From the NCBI RefSeq assembly GCF_006345805.1, contig NC_043010.1, positions 48,112,001-48,176,000 on the forward strand: a stretch of DNA of 64,000 bases, in the 5' to 3' direction. The notes under the pieces are model-generated. The model was given only the letters and a program-made list of their open reading frames with translations, was not told the origin of the DNA and made no database searches. The first letter of the stretch is position 1. Each line of letters starts with the position of its first letter. Made by a program: the position numbers and the translations under genes. Shown one piece after another: positions 37,522-51,915 of this stretch. Origin of the DNA: Octopus sinensis. Its lineage: Eukaryota.

Positions 37522-40489
37522 CTTTTCTTTTATTCCTTTCAGTCAGTAGACTGCAGCCATGCTGGGGTACCACTTTGAAGACTTTTAGTTGAATGAATTG
37601 ACCCCCGCCCCCGTATTTATTTTTTTAAGCCTGGTACTTATCCTATTGGACTCTTTTGCTGAACCACAAAGTTACAGGGACATAAACACACCAACACTGG
37701 TTGTCAAGTGGTTGAAGGAGACAAACACACATATACATGACAGGCTTCTTTCAGCTTCCATCTACTGAATTCACTCACAAGGCTTTACAAAATGTGTCAG
37801 GTAGTGGGACTGAACCCAGAACCATGTGGTTGGGAAGCAAACTTCTTACCACATAGCTATGCCTGCACCTATGTGTATGTATATACACACACACTCGCAT
37901 ACACACTTGTAAATATAAAAGTATTATTGAGTGATCAATTACTTGAGTTATATATGCAATATATTGATTGGCATAAAAAAAATCATTTATTATAATAATC
38001 AATTAAGAAAACTAAATCTATAATATACAACGCTCCTTGGTATTAGATCATACCTGTTTCTTTATTACCCACAAGGGGCTAAAATAAAAAAAAATGTGAA
38101 GACTGACAAAATACCATTAAGCATTTCACCCGGCACGTTAACATTTCTGCCAGCTTGCCACCTTAAACGGATTAAGTTGATTATATCGACCCTAGTGCGT
38201 AACTGGTACTTATTTAATCGACCTCGAAAGGATGAAAGGCAAAGTCGACCTCGACGGAATTTGAACTCAGAACGTAACGGCAGACGAAATACCTATTTCT
38301 TTACTACCCACAAGGGGCTAAACACAGAGAGGACAAACAAGGACATACAAACGGATTAAGTTGATTATATCGACCCCAGTGCATAACTGGTACTTATTTA
38401 ATCGACCCCGAAAGGATGAAAGGCAAAGTTGACCTCGACGGAATTTGAACTCAGAATGTAGTGGCAGACAAAATACTGCTAAGCATTTCGCTCGGCGTGC
38501 TAACGTTTCTGCCAGTTTGCCGCCTTATTACATCATACCATAAGCGTGGAGGGATTGGAGAACCTGTAAATTCATGTTTTGTTTCAGTAGTGTTGCACTT
38601 TGCCCACGGGTAAAAGCACTGAAAAATAAAACTTCATTCCTTGACCCAAATAACTGTTAGTAGTACAGGTGAGGGAGTGCAGTGACAAAGGTAGGGTGAA
38701 GGGGTCATGACACAAAGATTATAAGACAGAGAGAAAGAGGTAGGGGAGGTAGGGAGTCAAGAGAATGATGAATCCTTTATCAGTTTTGGCAATGAGCATT
38801 CAGGTGTTTGATCAACAGAACATTTGACTCCTTAATCTTAAAGTGGCTGTGTATTCCACAGCATTCAGATTACTCTGTCAAATGTAATGCTTATCTATTC
38901 ATGTTGTTTTGAATTAATCACGCGGCTGTGTGGTTAGAAGCTTGCCTCCCAACCACTAGGAGCTAGGTTCAGTCTCACTGTGTGGCACCTTGGGCAAGTG
39001 TCTTCTGTTCTAGCCTCAAACCCAAACCTTGTGAGTGGATTTAGCAGTTGGAAACTGAAAGAAGCCTGTCATATATATATATATATATATATACATATCA
39101 CGTGACCGACCAGACCATCAGATGTTGCTGCACATCGCTGGTCACAATGCGTTCGCATTGTTTTAGCCTTTGAACGATGCCACCCCGCTGGCTAAGCGAG
39201 CAGGCCAACAGAAGAGAGAAAGAGTGGTGAAAGAGTACAGCAGGGATCACCACTCCCTGCCGGAGCCTCGTAGAGCTTTTAGGTGTTTTTGCTCAATAAA
39301 CACACACAACGCCTGGTCTGGGAATCGAAACCGCGATCCTACGACTGCGAGTCCACTGCCCTAACCACTAGGCCATTGCGCCTCCATATATATATGTGTG
39401 TGTGTGTGTGCGTCTTCGTTTGTCCCCCCAGCACTGCTTGACAATTGATGACGGTGTGTTTAGTTAGCAGTTCAGCAAAAGAGACTGATAGAATAAGTAC
39501 CAGGCTTAAAAAACGAATACTGGAGTTGATTCATTAAACTAAAAATTCTTCAAAGCAGTGCCCTTGCATGGCTACAATCTAGTGCCTGAAATAAGTAAAG
39601 GGTAACAGATATCTTGTGGCTTCAAGACTCCAATGATATGATTGTTTATTTTTTTAGAATGACATTGTGGGGTAGGTGTGAGAGGCTGGATCTGGTCAGT
39701 TTGAACACAAAGCAAGTAGAATATTTGGGGCTGATATGGCTGGTTTAATGTAACTCTCAAGTTGAATCAGCTTGACACAATTCCTGACAAGGATGGACTT
39801 TAGAATTACAAATTTCAAATTAACTTGAAGGTTAAAACAATACGAAGTGCATTGTGACCAGCGATGTGTAACAACATCTGATAGCCTGGTCGGTCACGGT
39901 GATGGTGATATATGTGTGTGTGTGTGTGTGTTTATGCTTTCTTCAGTCTAAAAAAAAAAATGTGCCAGTGCCATGTAAAAAGTACCAACCGATAGTGGCC
40001 GTTTGCCAACCTAGTCTGGCACCTGTGCCGGTGGCATGTAAAAAGCACCCACTACACTCACGGAGTGGTTGGCATTAGGAAGGGCATCCAGCCATAGAAA
40101 CATTGCCAGATCAGACTGAGCCTGGTGCAGCCTTCTGGCTTCCCAGACCCCAGTTGAACCGTCCAACCCATGCTAGCATGGAAAGTGGACGCTAAACGAT
40201 GATGATGTTGTTTATATTGCATCTTTAGATATGTCTCATAAACTCACAGATTGACTAAACATTTGAAAACAATGCCTCAACATAGCCACAATCCAATTCA
40301 TTGAAATCAGGAAGGGAAAAATAAAAGTGTTATTAAAAATCAAAAAGTTAACCATGGAAGCCCATAATTCATGTGTTGAATTGCATCCTCCTCTTTTTAT
40401 TTTATTAAAATATTATAGCAAACAAAATTATTTTGACAGCATCTTAACCAATTGCCTGTCCTGTGTATTATATGTAACACACAGCACAT

Positions 40490-41005
40490 ATTTCCCTGAT
40501 ATCTATTGCATCACCCTCCATCAGGCATTTGCCATATTCTGAACGCCTTACTTCCCTGGGCATGGATACGTTGAAACTCCGACATCTGGCAGCTGACTTG
40601 GCAGACACCCATAAAATTATTAACCATCTTACTAACAATAACTCTGAGCACCTTTTCAAACTCCACCTGTCTAACACCCGTGGACATGTTTACAAAGTCA
40701 GAAAACAGCACAGCTCCCATGACTTTCGGAAACATTTATTCACGCTAAGAGTTGCTGAAGTATGGAACAAACTGCCGGCATCAGTTGTTAATTGTTGGAG
40801 CACTGCATCTTTCAAAACTTCCATGCTTTCTGAGATTTGCCAACACTACACCTGATTTTCTCCCCTCCATTCACACGCAAGCAGGTATCTGACTCCTACA
40901 CTGTTCCCTTTCCAGACATTTGTACATTACTGCATATGCTTTATACACACTTTTGACAAGTTGTGGTGCACCTGAGCACTGTATACAATAATTTCATTAT
41001 TATTA
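40490..41005 (+). mobile_element. CR1-clade LINE 3' end
   Basis: LPYSERLTSLGMDTLKLR...TRGH.YK...FRKHLFTLRVAEVWNKLP followed by an (ATT)n tail. Confidence 0.88.
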
Positions 41006-43462
41006 TCACATATAATACATATTCGCAAATTTTTTTAACCACCAGAATAACCTGGGACTTATGAATGGAAAGTTTCATATTACTCAAAATGTATGACTCA
41101 AAGTCTGAAAACAAGCATGAACATTTAGGACAAATTTATGAAAATGATTTGTACAGGCAAAGGGTTAAATTATATTTATTCTGTATGTATTGTTGAAAAT
41201 TTATAAAATGTCCAATACAATTGAAGCAGTGAGAAGTTTTTATCTCTGGTTTTTATTCTCAAGTGTCTTAAAAAATCTGCTTGAAGCAAAAGGAGGGAGA
41301 CAGCTTATTATCACAACCAATGGCTGAAGGCAGGAAGAAACAGCTTTAAATACTTTTGTTTATACAGTGAGCCACTGGTGGAAGCACAGATAAGACTTAG
41401 CTTGGCTAATTCAGCTTGGACAACGTTTGAAGATGAATGAAAAAGAAAATAAATAATGCCATAAAATGCAAAGTGAAAAAAAATGTGTTGTCCATACTCC
41501 TAAATACTGAATGTAGAGAGTAAAAAAGCTGTAAGTAGATTCTCAGAGTTTTGTAAGACAACATCAAATCAATGACTATATTAAGCAGCTAACCACAAGA
41601 AGGGCATCTGGCAACAGTTAAGCTTGATTCAATATGGACATGTCATATATAAGATGACTTCTTACTATATATTTCTTCTTTTGAATAGAGACAAAATAGT
41701 GATTTTGTATTAACAAAATAGCATTTTTGAATAGATAGGAGACAAAGGACGGACATTCATGCCATTAGTAGTAAAAAGACGATCCCAGCTATGGAACTAT
41801 AACTATGGTACAGACGGTTCACTGGGAACTTTGCTGTACAACAAAATCCACCTAAATGAAGAGCTGAAAGGTAATGCAGGCAAAATCTCAATGTTTGATT
41901 GTGAGGAACCATATTTTGGATACTCCTAAAGCAGTGATTCTCAAACTGATAAAGACATTAAAATCAATATTCAGGGATCTCATATAGAAGATATTGAGAT
42001 CAAACAAAGGTTTGGTTTGGTAACCCCTTACTCAGACAAAATTCTGTCAGGAGTCCTACAACTCACAAGTTTGGCACTTAACTTGGCTCCCATGGAATTT
42101 AAGTAACTGAGATTACAACACTCCCCCACTCAGTCTGATTGGGATGCCAGTCCATTGCAGGGTTAACGTTCCACTTATTGTTGGAACTCATTCGCGGCTG
42201 AGTGGACTGGAGCAATGTGAAATGAAGTGTTTTGTTCAAGAACACAATGTGCTACCCGTTCTCACAATTGAAACCATGATCTGACATTAATGAGTGCAAC
42301 ACCCCAACTAGGGACCAGCTTTCACAGACCTGATATTCTTCACAGAGGATCAATGAAAATAATAAAATAAGGTTATGTTAGGTCATAAATTGTTGATCTT
42401 TTCTTTTGTTTTTAAAACAGGTATTTTTTTATATTGGTATATAAAATGTCTAACAATAAAATGAAAGGATAATAAAATTTCATTTTGTTGCTGATTGTTT
42501 CCTTTTTTCCACTGGCCATTAACCCACTGTCTTCATTTGGTATATCACTGCACACAAAGCCCATAAGATTATGATGTGGAAGCTAAATATCAAGTGATGC
42601 ATGGGACTTCTAACAAACAACCAGTTTCTGAACATATCTACAAGAGTTCTACTTTTAGATATGGCATACAAAAATAAAGCATTTGCAGTATTGATCTTTT
42701 ATAGTGATTAGACACTACTACTTTATGTCAGCCTTTTCTTCCAGTTTCCAGAATTTAACATAAAAATTGTACAAAAAAAAAAAGAAAAGAAAAAGAACAC
42801 TGCATTTAGACAAAAATATTCTACAAAAAAAAAAAAGAAGAAAGATTTAGTATTTGTTTTCATTCTATATACTCATATCAAAAGATCATCAAAATCAGTT
42901 CAGCCTTTACTATGAGCAAAAAATGTTCAAGCCATGACCATCCCATCTATAATATCTATTATGTTCTTCCTCTTTTTTTTTTGTAGACTACAGGATGTGA
43001 TTCAAGATAGATTTGGTTGCTATTTTTAGTAGATTGATTGACCATATATAAACTATTTGGCTGATTCAATTTGTTTTTTCTTTTTTTGAATAGAAACGAA
43101 ATGGTAATTATGTATTAACAGAATAACATTTTTGAATAGACAGGAGACAAAGGGTGGGCGTTCATGCCATTAGCAGTAAAAAGATGATTCTAGTTATAGA
43201 ACTATGTTATAGACACAGTTCACTGGGAACTTAGCTGCACAACAAAACCCACCAAAATAAAGAGCTGAAAGGCAAGGAAGGCAAAATTTTAATGTTTGAC
43301 TGTTAGGAATGATATTTTGGATACCCTAAAGCAATGATTCTCAAACTGATAAATGTCCACCCCACAAATGTTAACGACTATTTTTGACAGTTCTCTCTTC
43401 ATTAGCTCTTCTACTATAGTATTTCTGTTGGTGTACACTGGCTGTGTGTTTTAATTAATTTT

Positions 43463-43622
43463 GCGCAGGAGTGGCTGTGTGGTAAGTAGCTTGTTTACCA
43501 ACCACATGGTCCCAGGTTCAGTCTCACTGCGTGGCACCTTGGGCAAGTGTCTTCTACTATAGCCTCGGGCCGACCAAAGCCTTGTGAGTAGATGTGGTAG
43601 GCGGAAACTGAAAGAAGCCCGT

Positions 43623-43684
<62 letters not shown>

Positions 43685-43905
43685 TGTGTATGTATATGTT
43701 TGTGTGTCTGTGTTTGTCACCCCCAACATCGTTTGACAACTGATGCTGGTGTGTTTACATCCCCGTAACTTAGCGGTTCGGCAAAAGAGACCGATAGAAT
43801 AAGTACTGGGCTTACAAAGAATAAGTCCTGGGGTCGATTTGCTCGACTAAAGGCAGTGCTCAAGCATGACCACAGTCAACTGACTGAAACAAGTAAAAGA
43901 GAGTA
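43463..43905 (+). mobile_element. SINE family A copy
   Basis: Full-length copy with a long (TA)n core. Confidence 0.9.
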
Positions 43906-45968
43906 AGGAGTATAATGAAGACTTTAGCAAAATAACTTTGTCATTATTAAGCTGGTATTTGGAACATAAATCAACACAAAGTTTGAATGGAAGGTTTTTG
44001 TTACCATGTTTCTGCTGAAAAACAGTTTCAATTTGTTTTGAAAAATAATGAAGAATTTTGTAAAATATATTTGTTATTACTAAGCTGATGCTTGGGATAT
44101 AAATTAAAGTGAAATTTTGATGGACGGTTTTAACCCTTTTGTTATCATGTTTCAGTTAAAATACACTGTTTCGATTTATTTTCAAAAATAATGAAGAATT
44201 TAACAAAATAACTGTCATTATTAAACTGGTTTGGAACATAAATTAACATGAAATTTCAATGGAAGATTTCAACTCTTTTGTTATGTTTTTGCTGAAATCA
44301 ATCTCAATTTATTTTGAAAATAATGAAAAATTGAGTGAAATATATTTATCGTTATTAATCTGACGTTTGTGACATAAATAAACATGATGTTTTGATGGAT
44401 GATTTTAATTTAAATCACAACAAAACAAAGTATTTGTATCACAGATCTACAAGTAGTCTTAGGTGAACTGGACTCAAAAGAGTTGATTTGGATAATTTTA
44501 AAGCAAGAATTTCATATCATAGAATCAGGGGTGGTCTTAGGTGGGTTAATCAAGATAAAATAGACTTGGCATCTGTATAATTCTTCTTTAAAATTTCTAA
44601 AACCATTTTAATTATATTTAAAGTATAGCAATCTATCTGCCTATTTTTCAATCTCTCGAGGCTTGTTACAATTGAAAAGCAAGTGGAAAACATTAAATCT
44701 GGCTTTCCACTGACTGATTCCAACCCTTTCCAGAACCCTGAAAAAAAGAAAACCAAACCAAAACAAAACAAAAAAATAAAAATAAAAAAAATAAAAAGCA
44801 AATAAACAAAATATAACAAAAAAGACAAGAAACTAATTAAATATAAAAAAGCAACTGTATTTTTAGGTGTCTGTCTTTGAGAAACCTCTCAGACAATCTT
44901 TTTACATTTTCAGAAAATATTAAATAGAGAAAAAAAAGAAGGAAAATGAAGTTTTTTTTCAAAATATTAAAATAGACATTTTTACCAAAATATTTTAATT
45001 CTGATTTACAGCTTACACAAGAAATAAAGTGAATATTGTTGGAAATATGAAAATAGTTAATACTGAAAATCCTTGTGTGTATGTATGAGAACACATAGAT
45101 TTAACGGTGCCACATTCCCAGTAATAATGTCTGTTAATTCCACCATCCATTCAGGCCATCATTTTAACTAAAGTTAGGACCCATAAAATAAGTTTTACAT
45201 TATACTTTCTCTTCAAATATAAATTCTAAGTGAGATGTCAACCAACACAATCTGCCTTTGAATGTGTGCAAATGTGTGAATATCATATATATATATATAT
45301 ATATGTATTTAAAATGAGGGTGAGAAATTTGATATTAATTTAATTAACATCAATTTCACACCAGTGGTCTAGCATATAAAAAAACTGAAGGTTCAGTAAA
45401 ATTGTATTATATACATATGAGAGTGATAACCACTATGTGAACACCCTTAAGCTAGAAGTAGATCTGCTATGGTCTTACCACTAAGAAATGTTCTCAAGAA
45501 AAATTTAGCAAACAACCAAAACGTAATCGAGCAAGACAAAAGAAAAGTGATAAAATATGGATTATTCACATACATTTTTCACACTGAAGATCTACGGACA
45601 TTTTACATAAGTAAAATTACGTAATATAGTAATAGTGAAACATGTAGATGAATAATCCATATTTTATTGCTTTTCAAGTGATTTGATCAAGGATCATGTA
45701 TGTGTGGATTGAAACTAAAATGATGGCAGTCAGAAAGCACATATTAGCCATTAAAAAACAAACAATAAATGTTTAAGTGAAGTCAACAGTCATTGTATGT
45801 GTTACTGAATGGCTAATGAGCATCTTTCACACTACAGTCATTTATATATATATTATCTAAAGCAATATGATTTGGCTCCATGTGACTCAAAGTTTTGCAG
45901 GCCTTTAACAGAAATTCATTTCTTTCAGGCTTAGATTATTGATATTATATATATATATATATATATAT

Positions 45969-46244
45969 ATACTAAGTAATTAAGGGTTTAGCAACGATTT
46001 GCCTCACCACACACCGAATTTAGAAATAGCAGTCAAAGAGTTATGGCTATTCTTTCTACTTAAAAGAATACTCCCTTTTAAGTAGAAAGAATAGCCATAA
46101 CTCTTTGACTGCTATTTCTAAATTCAGTGTGTGGTGAGGCAAATCGTTGCAAAAACCCTTAATTACTTAGTATTACTTAAACCTTCCTTGAATGGGGCTT
46201 TTACATGCCGAAATCTACTTGGTGAAATTAATTTCACCCTATAT

Positions 46245-46280
<36 letters not shown>

Positions 46281-46544
46281 TAGAAAAAAAACACCTTTTA
46301 TCAATTCAATAATGAAAAATTAAATTATACCATCTATTATAGAAGGATTAAATATAAGATAAAACATATAATGATGATTAAGTAATGAGCAAAGTAATAA
46401 ATAAAACGTAGATATTTTATTTATTACTTTGCACATTACTTAATCATCATTATATGTTTTATCTTATATTTAATCTTTCTATTATATGTAATTTTCTAGA
46501 TGGTATATTAATTTTTCATTATTGAATTGATAAAAGGTGTTTTT

Positions 46545-46552
<8 letters not shown>
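45969..46552. repeat. Two near-perfect hairpins flanked by (TA)n
   Basis: 45969-46066/46075-46173 (8-nt loop) and 46280-46406/46415-46552 (8-nt loop). Confidence 0.92.
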
Positions 46553-46600
<48 letters not shown>

Positions 46601-49595
46601 ATATTTTGTGAAATTTGATTTAGTATTTCTAAACTGAATTTTTCCCTGTAAGTTTGGAATAACATTCCCTCATATTATTATTATAATTATATATATATAT
46701 ATATAAGATGGTAAAGCCATTTATGCATCATACATAAAGAAAGTTGCATTGTTGAAAGTTAATTCATAATCTCTAGTGGATGTGATGTGCTTAAAAATAC
46801 AATAAAAATTGGAGGGAGACAAATACCATCCCAGCAGTGACTAGCAAAAGTACCACACACATTTTGGGCTCATTAGGCCTTATCAATGGCATGTACTCAC
46901 TGTGCACGTCTCCAATGACAAGGCTGACAAGGCTGATATGCATCTGGTGTTCTGAATAGCTACCGCTGGGATAATTTTTAGCTTCCTTTGGTATATATTG
47001 TGCTTTCAAACAAACCACATCTATAAGAGATGTTATTTCTGGACAAATACCTCAGTAAATTGCCTTTCAATGATGTATCTACAGTAAGCATAATACATAG
47101 AAGGCTATTCTAATTTAATACTGCGGCAGTAGCACATAATGGATTATATAATATATACATACACATATATATCTTTCTATATATTTATCTATATATTTAT
47201 ATAATATATATATATATATATATGTAAAATTTATATTACATAATCTGTATTCTATACATTATATATATAGAATATATAAGTGAATAATAAGTGCAAGCAT
47301 AAATTGCAATGAATGAATGAGAAAGGAGTGCTCAATACATGTTGTAGAGTATATGTTTCATTGAAACTGAGTATTTATCTTGCATTTTGAGTTTCTTGCC
47401 ATTAGATTGTGGTTGAATGAAATAAAAATTCATTTTCAGAAAACTGTATGTGTGTGTGTGTGTGTGTAAAAGCGCATAATCAGCTCATTAGGGTGTTGCA
47501 CACACAATCTTGCAATTGTGGTTTCAATTCCCCTCATTACACCATTTTACCCTATCTGGTGCTTCAAACATGCATTCATATGATCTCTGGCGAATGTCAT
47601 TTCTAGTAAGAAATTCCTTACATGTCTATCTAACAGGTAAATCTTTGTAAATCCTATTAGCAAATGAAACACGTATAATGGAGAATAAATAATACTAAAA
47701 AAATTCTCACTTTCTTGTTTTGTTAAAATATATGTCTGGCTCCATTCATAATTGAACAGCTATAAATCTTTGTGTACCCTTGACTAATCAAAATTACAAA
47801 AATACACCTTACTGCTGTTAATTGATCAAGGTATGGCTGTGTGGTTGTGAAAATTGCTTCCCAACCATGTGGTCTTGGGTTCAATTCTCTTTTATGGTAC
47901 CTTGGACAAGTGTCTTCTACAATCACCATGGGCCAACTGAAGCCTTGTGATTCAATTTGGTAGGTGGAAACAGGTAGAAGCCTGTTGTGTGTGTATATAT
48001 CAATCGATTATATATATATAAAATATCATTTGATAGATACAATATATGTTTTTATATTCTACTAATAATATCATATGCTGAGAAATAGCCTAAACATATT
48101 CATCAGGCACAAACCACATATCATAATGAACTAAAAAGTTGTCTGTACCTGATGAATATGCTTGAGGTATTCCTCAACATATGATACTATTTGTAGCACA
48201 TAAAAACAAATATTGTGTCTATCGAGTAATATTTATCTCTCACCAGATGGAGTACTTATTTTGTTGATCTTACCATAATGGATCTTTGTAAGCCTAGTAC
48301 TTATTTTATTGGTCTCTTTTGCCGAACGACTAAGTTACGAGGATGTAAACACATCAACATTGGTTGTCAAGCAATGGTGGGGGGACAAACACAGACACAA
48401 AGACACACACACACACACACACACATAAACATATATATATATCTATATACAATGGGTTTCTTTTAGTTTCTGTCTACCAATCCACTCACAAGGCTTTGGT
48501 TGGCCTGAGACTATAGTAGAAGGCACTTGCCCAAGGTGCCACACAGTGGGACTGAGCCCTGAATGATGTAGTTGGGAAGCAATCTCCTTACCAAACAGCC
48601 ATGCTTGCACACCTGTATATAAATATATATATATATATAATCTTAGAATTGTAACTGTCTCGTTAAGAACCAGTCTGAACATAGTACATTACATGGAAGT
48701 TATAAATCATTGCAACATTGAGTGCTTCTAATAAAACTGCTTGAGAAAGCAGCTTATCAGCCCTACCTTTATTCCCCATTCCACCCTCATCCATCTATTA
48801 AGAGAGAGAGACAGACAGACAGAAAGAGAGAGAGAGAGAGTTTTTGTGTTATGTATGAGTGGTACATGTACATGTGTTTGACAAGTGCAACTAGAACAGT
48901 CTGATATAGATTATTTTGTTGATGATTGCAGATAATATGAGATATTGCACAGGCCAATGAGTGTTTCGAGATGAGAAAAAATATTGCATGTAAAAGTAAT
49001 GGGTAAATTTATTTGATTGCAATCAGAATCAGTCTACTTGAGACTTGAATAACACAAATGTAAACTCTCAATTGTGTATTGTCACATCTGTGTTCTTGTT
49101 TACACTTCTCATCTGTACACATATTGCATTTCGTATCTCCTCTAAGTAACTGAGCCAACGAAGGAGCTCCTATTTGGTCACTTGTTCTGCTTGAAAAAGC
49201 AGCCAAATCTCCCTCAAATCACATCTTCTATCTTATATGAAGGACAAAACATATCAGATAATATTCTATATATTCTTACAAGATGGGATGGTCACAAGTG
49301 ATCTACTGATCAGGGTTGACTTGGGCTAAACAATATTTCTATGTAAAAACAGAATTAATTATTACATCTATCATACCCCTATGTGAATATGTATGAAAAG
49401 TTGTTTGATAGAGTTAACTGAATTCATAAAACTGTAAACAAAGATGATTTGAAATATTTACTAGGAGTCAAAAGTTTAGTGAAACTATTTTAGCAATAGT
49501 CTTTACTTAAAATAAAAATACATATATATATATATAAATATACATATATATGTATATAAAAAAAATTTTCTTGATCCATTGTCTCTGAAATTGAT

Positions 49596-49699
49596 TTATT
49601 CAGAGTAGCCATGCGAGTCGGATGGATCCAAGTCATACTCATCCTGCACATCAAGTATAGTTATACCTTCCTTCAATATTGGAGTACCTTTTCCTGGAC
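49596..49699 (-). CDS. C20orf27: C20orf27/ADISSP orthologue, terminal coding exon
   Basis: GPGKGTPILKEGITILDVQDEYDLDPSDSHGYSE* parallels HHGTPMLLDGVKCVGAELEYDSEHSDWHGFD; acceptor ttggcAG. Confidence 0.88.
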
Positions 49700-49985
49700 C
49701 TGCCAATGTTGAAATTAAAAAAAGAAAAAGAATAAAGAAAATGAGTAACATAAAAAATAAAAAAAAAACTCACAAAAGTAAAACAGCAATTCATTACAGA
49801 TTAACAAAGGAAGTAAAATAATGATTTCCAAATTTTGGTACAAGGCTAGTAATTTTGGGGGATGGAGTAAGTCCATTATATCGACCCCTTCCCCCCAATG
49901 CTCAACTGGTACTTATTTTATTGATCCTAAAAGGATAAAAGGTAAAGCTGACCATGGCAGAATTTGAACACAGAACATAAAGACG

Positions 49986-50156
49986 TAGGAGTGGCTGTGT
50001 GGTAAGTAGCTTGCTTACCAACCTCATGGTTCCAAGTTCAGTCCCACTGAGTGGCACCTTGGGCAAGTGTCTTCTACTATAGCCTCAGGCTGACCAAAGC
50101 CTTGTGAGTGGATTTGGCAGACAGAAACTGAAAGAAGACCGTCATATATATGTATA

Positions 50157-50190
<34 letters not shown>

Positions 50191-50378
50191 TCTCCCCAAC
50201 ATCGCTTGACAATCGATGCTGGTGTCTTTACATCCCTGTAACTTAGTGGTTTGGCAAAAGAGACCGATAGAATAATTACTGGGCTTACAAAGAATAAGTT
50301 CTGGGGTCGATTTGCTTGACTAAAGGTGGTGCTCCAGCATGGCCACAGTCAAATGACTGAAACAAGTAAAAGAAAAGA
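49986..50378 (+). mobile_element. SINE family A copy nested in a family B SINE
   Basis: Splits the family B sequence agaacataaagacg|...|tgaaatgccgctaagc. Confidence 0.88.
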
Positions 50379-51081
50379 GTACATGAAATGCCGCTAAGCA
50401 TTTTGGGATAATGATTCTGCCAGTTCACTGCCTTGGCAATATTGAATAATCAAAGTAAAATAAATTATGAAATCATCAAAAGGATGAAAAGTAAAGTCGA
50501 CCTTGGTGGAATTTGAACTCAGAACATAAAGACAGACAGAATGCTGCTAAGCATTTTGCCTGGCATGCTAACAATCCTGCTAGCTTGCTACCTTTAACCC
50601 TTTAGTGTTTAAACTGGCCAAATCCGGCCCAATATATTCTACATGTTTTATATTCAAACTGGCGATGTCTAGCTTCTCACACCTAACCTACAATGCCATT
50701 CTAAAAATAAGTAATCACATCATTGAAACCTCAAAGCTGTAAGATGATCCAGGATTAATTCAAAACAATTTGAGTGAAAAAGTATTACATTTAACAGAGT
50801 AATCTGAACACTAAAGGGTTAAAGAAAATAAAATAAGAGCAGTTATGAGCAAGCTGCAGCCCACAGGACTTTCTGAATGGCATGTCTAATGGAAAATTAC
50901 CATGATTTTTTTTTAGCCTGCCTGATGATAAGCCACAGCTCATGCAGCCTGCTTCTTGAAAAAGGTTGCTCAAGCCTGAATTAGAGTCTAACATTCCCTA
51001 GTGTCATTTGTTTCATTGAGATTTTCCATCCAAATCTATTTAACCTCTTTGTTACCAAATTTCTATTGAAACACATTACTC

Positions 51082-51272
51082 TTTACTCTTTTACTTGTTT
51101 CAGTCATTTGACTGCGGCCATGCTGGAGCACCGCCTTTAGTCGAGCAAATCGACCCCAGGACTTATTCTTTGTAAGCCCAGTACTTATTCTATCGGTCTC
51201 TTTTGCTGAACCGCTAAGTTACGGGGACGTAAACACACCGGCATCGGTTGTCAAGCAATGCTTGGGGGACAA

Positions 51273-51303
<31 letters not shown>

Positions 51304-51470
51304 CATATATACGACAGGCTTCTTTCAGTTTCTGTCTACCAAATCCACTCACAAGGCTTTGGTCAGCCCGGGCCTATAGCAGAGGACACTTGCCCAAGAT
51401 GCCATGCAGTGATACTGAACCCGGAACCATGTGGTTGGTTAGCAAGCTACTTACCACACAGCCACTACTT
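51082..51470 (-). mobile_element. SINE family A copy
   Basis: Full-length reverse copy; further + copies at 53088-53470, 54063-54508 and 62965-63330. Confidence 0.9.
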
Positions 51471-51695
51471 TTGTTTCATTTAATTTTGAAAATAATGAAG
51501 AATTTAGTAAAAAAAAAAAAAAATCACCTTTTCATTACAAAGTTGGTGTTTTGGCACATAAACTAACCTGTAGTTTTGATGGAAGGTTTTAATTTTAATC
51601 GTTTAATAAAGAATTTAATAACAAAATCACCTTGTCATAATTAAGCTGGTGTTTTGGCGTAGTTTTGATGGGCAGTTTTAATTTTAATCATTTAA

Positions 51696-51915
51696 CCCTT
51701 TAGTGTTTAAACTGGCCATACCTGGCCAAAATTATCTTCCTGTTTTATGCTCAAACCAGCCAGCTCTGACCTCTTACACCTACCCTACAAAGTCATTCTA
51801 AAAATAAACAGGGACATCATCAAAATCTCACAGTTACAAGATGCTGTACAATTAATTTAAAACAATGTGATTAAACAGGCTTTACATTTGACAGAGTAAT
51901 CTGAATGCTAAAGGG
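51696..51915. mobile_element. piggyBac-type MITE family 1 (220 bp)
   Basis: TTAA|CCCTTTAG...CTAAAGGG|TTAA; the unoccupied site atcatTTAAtgaag is seen in a neighbouring repeat unit; copies at 50598-50818, 58299-58683 (with RTE insert) and fragments at 11362-11545, 38860-39750. Confidence 0.85.

Noticed and set aside
39300-39388. tRNA-like heads (also 8455-8515, 55830-55900, 57960-58030)
   Set aside because: Continue into SINE bodies and lack a complete cloverleaf; SINE heads, not tRNA genes.
35615-41093. Additional small minus-strand exon candidates (about 35615-35650, 38566-38620, 41041-41093)
   Set aside because: Weak donors or incompatible phases; could not be joined without arbitrary choices.
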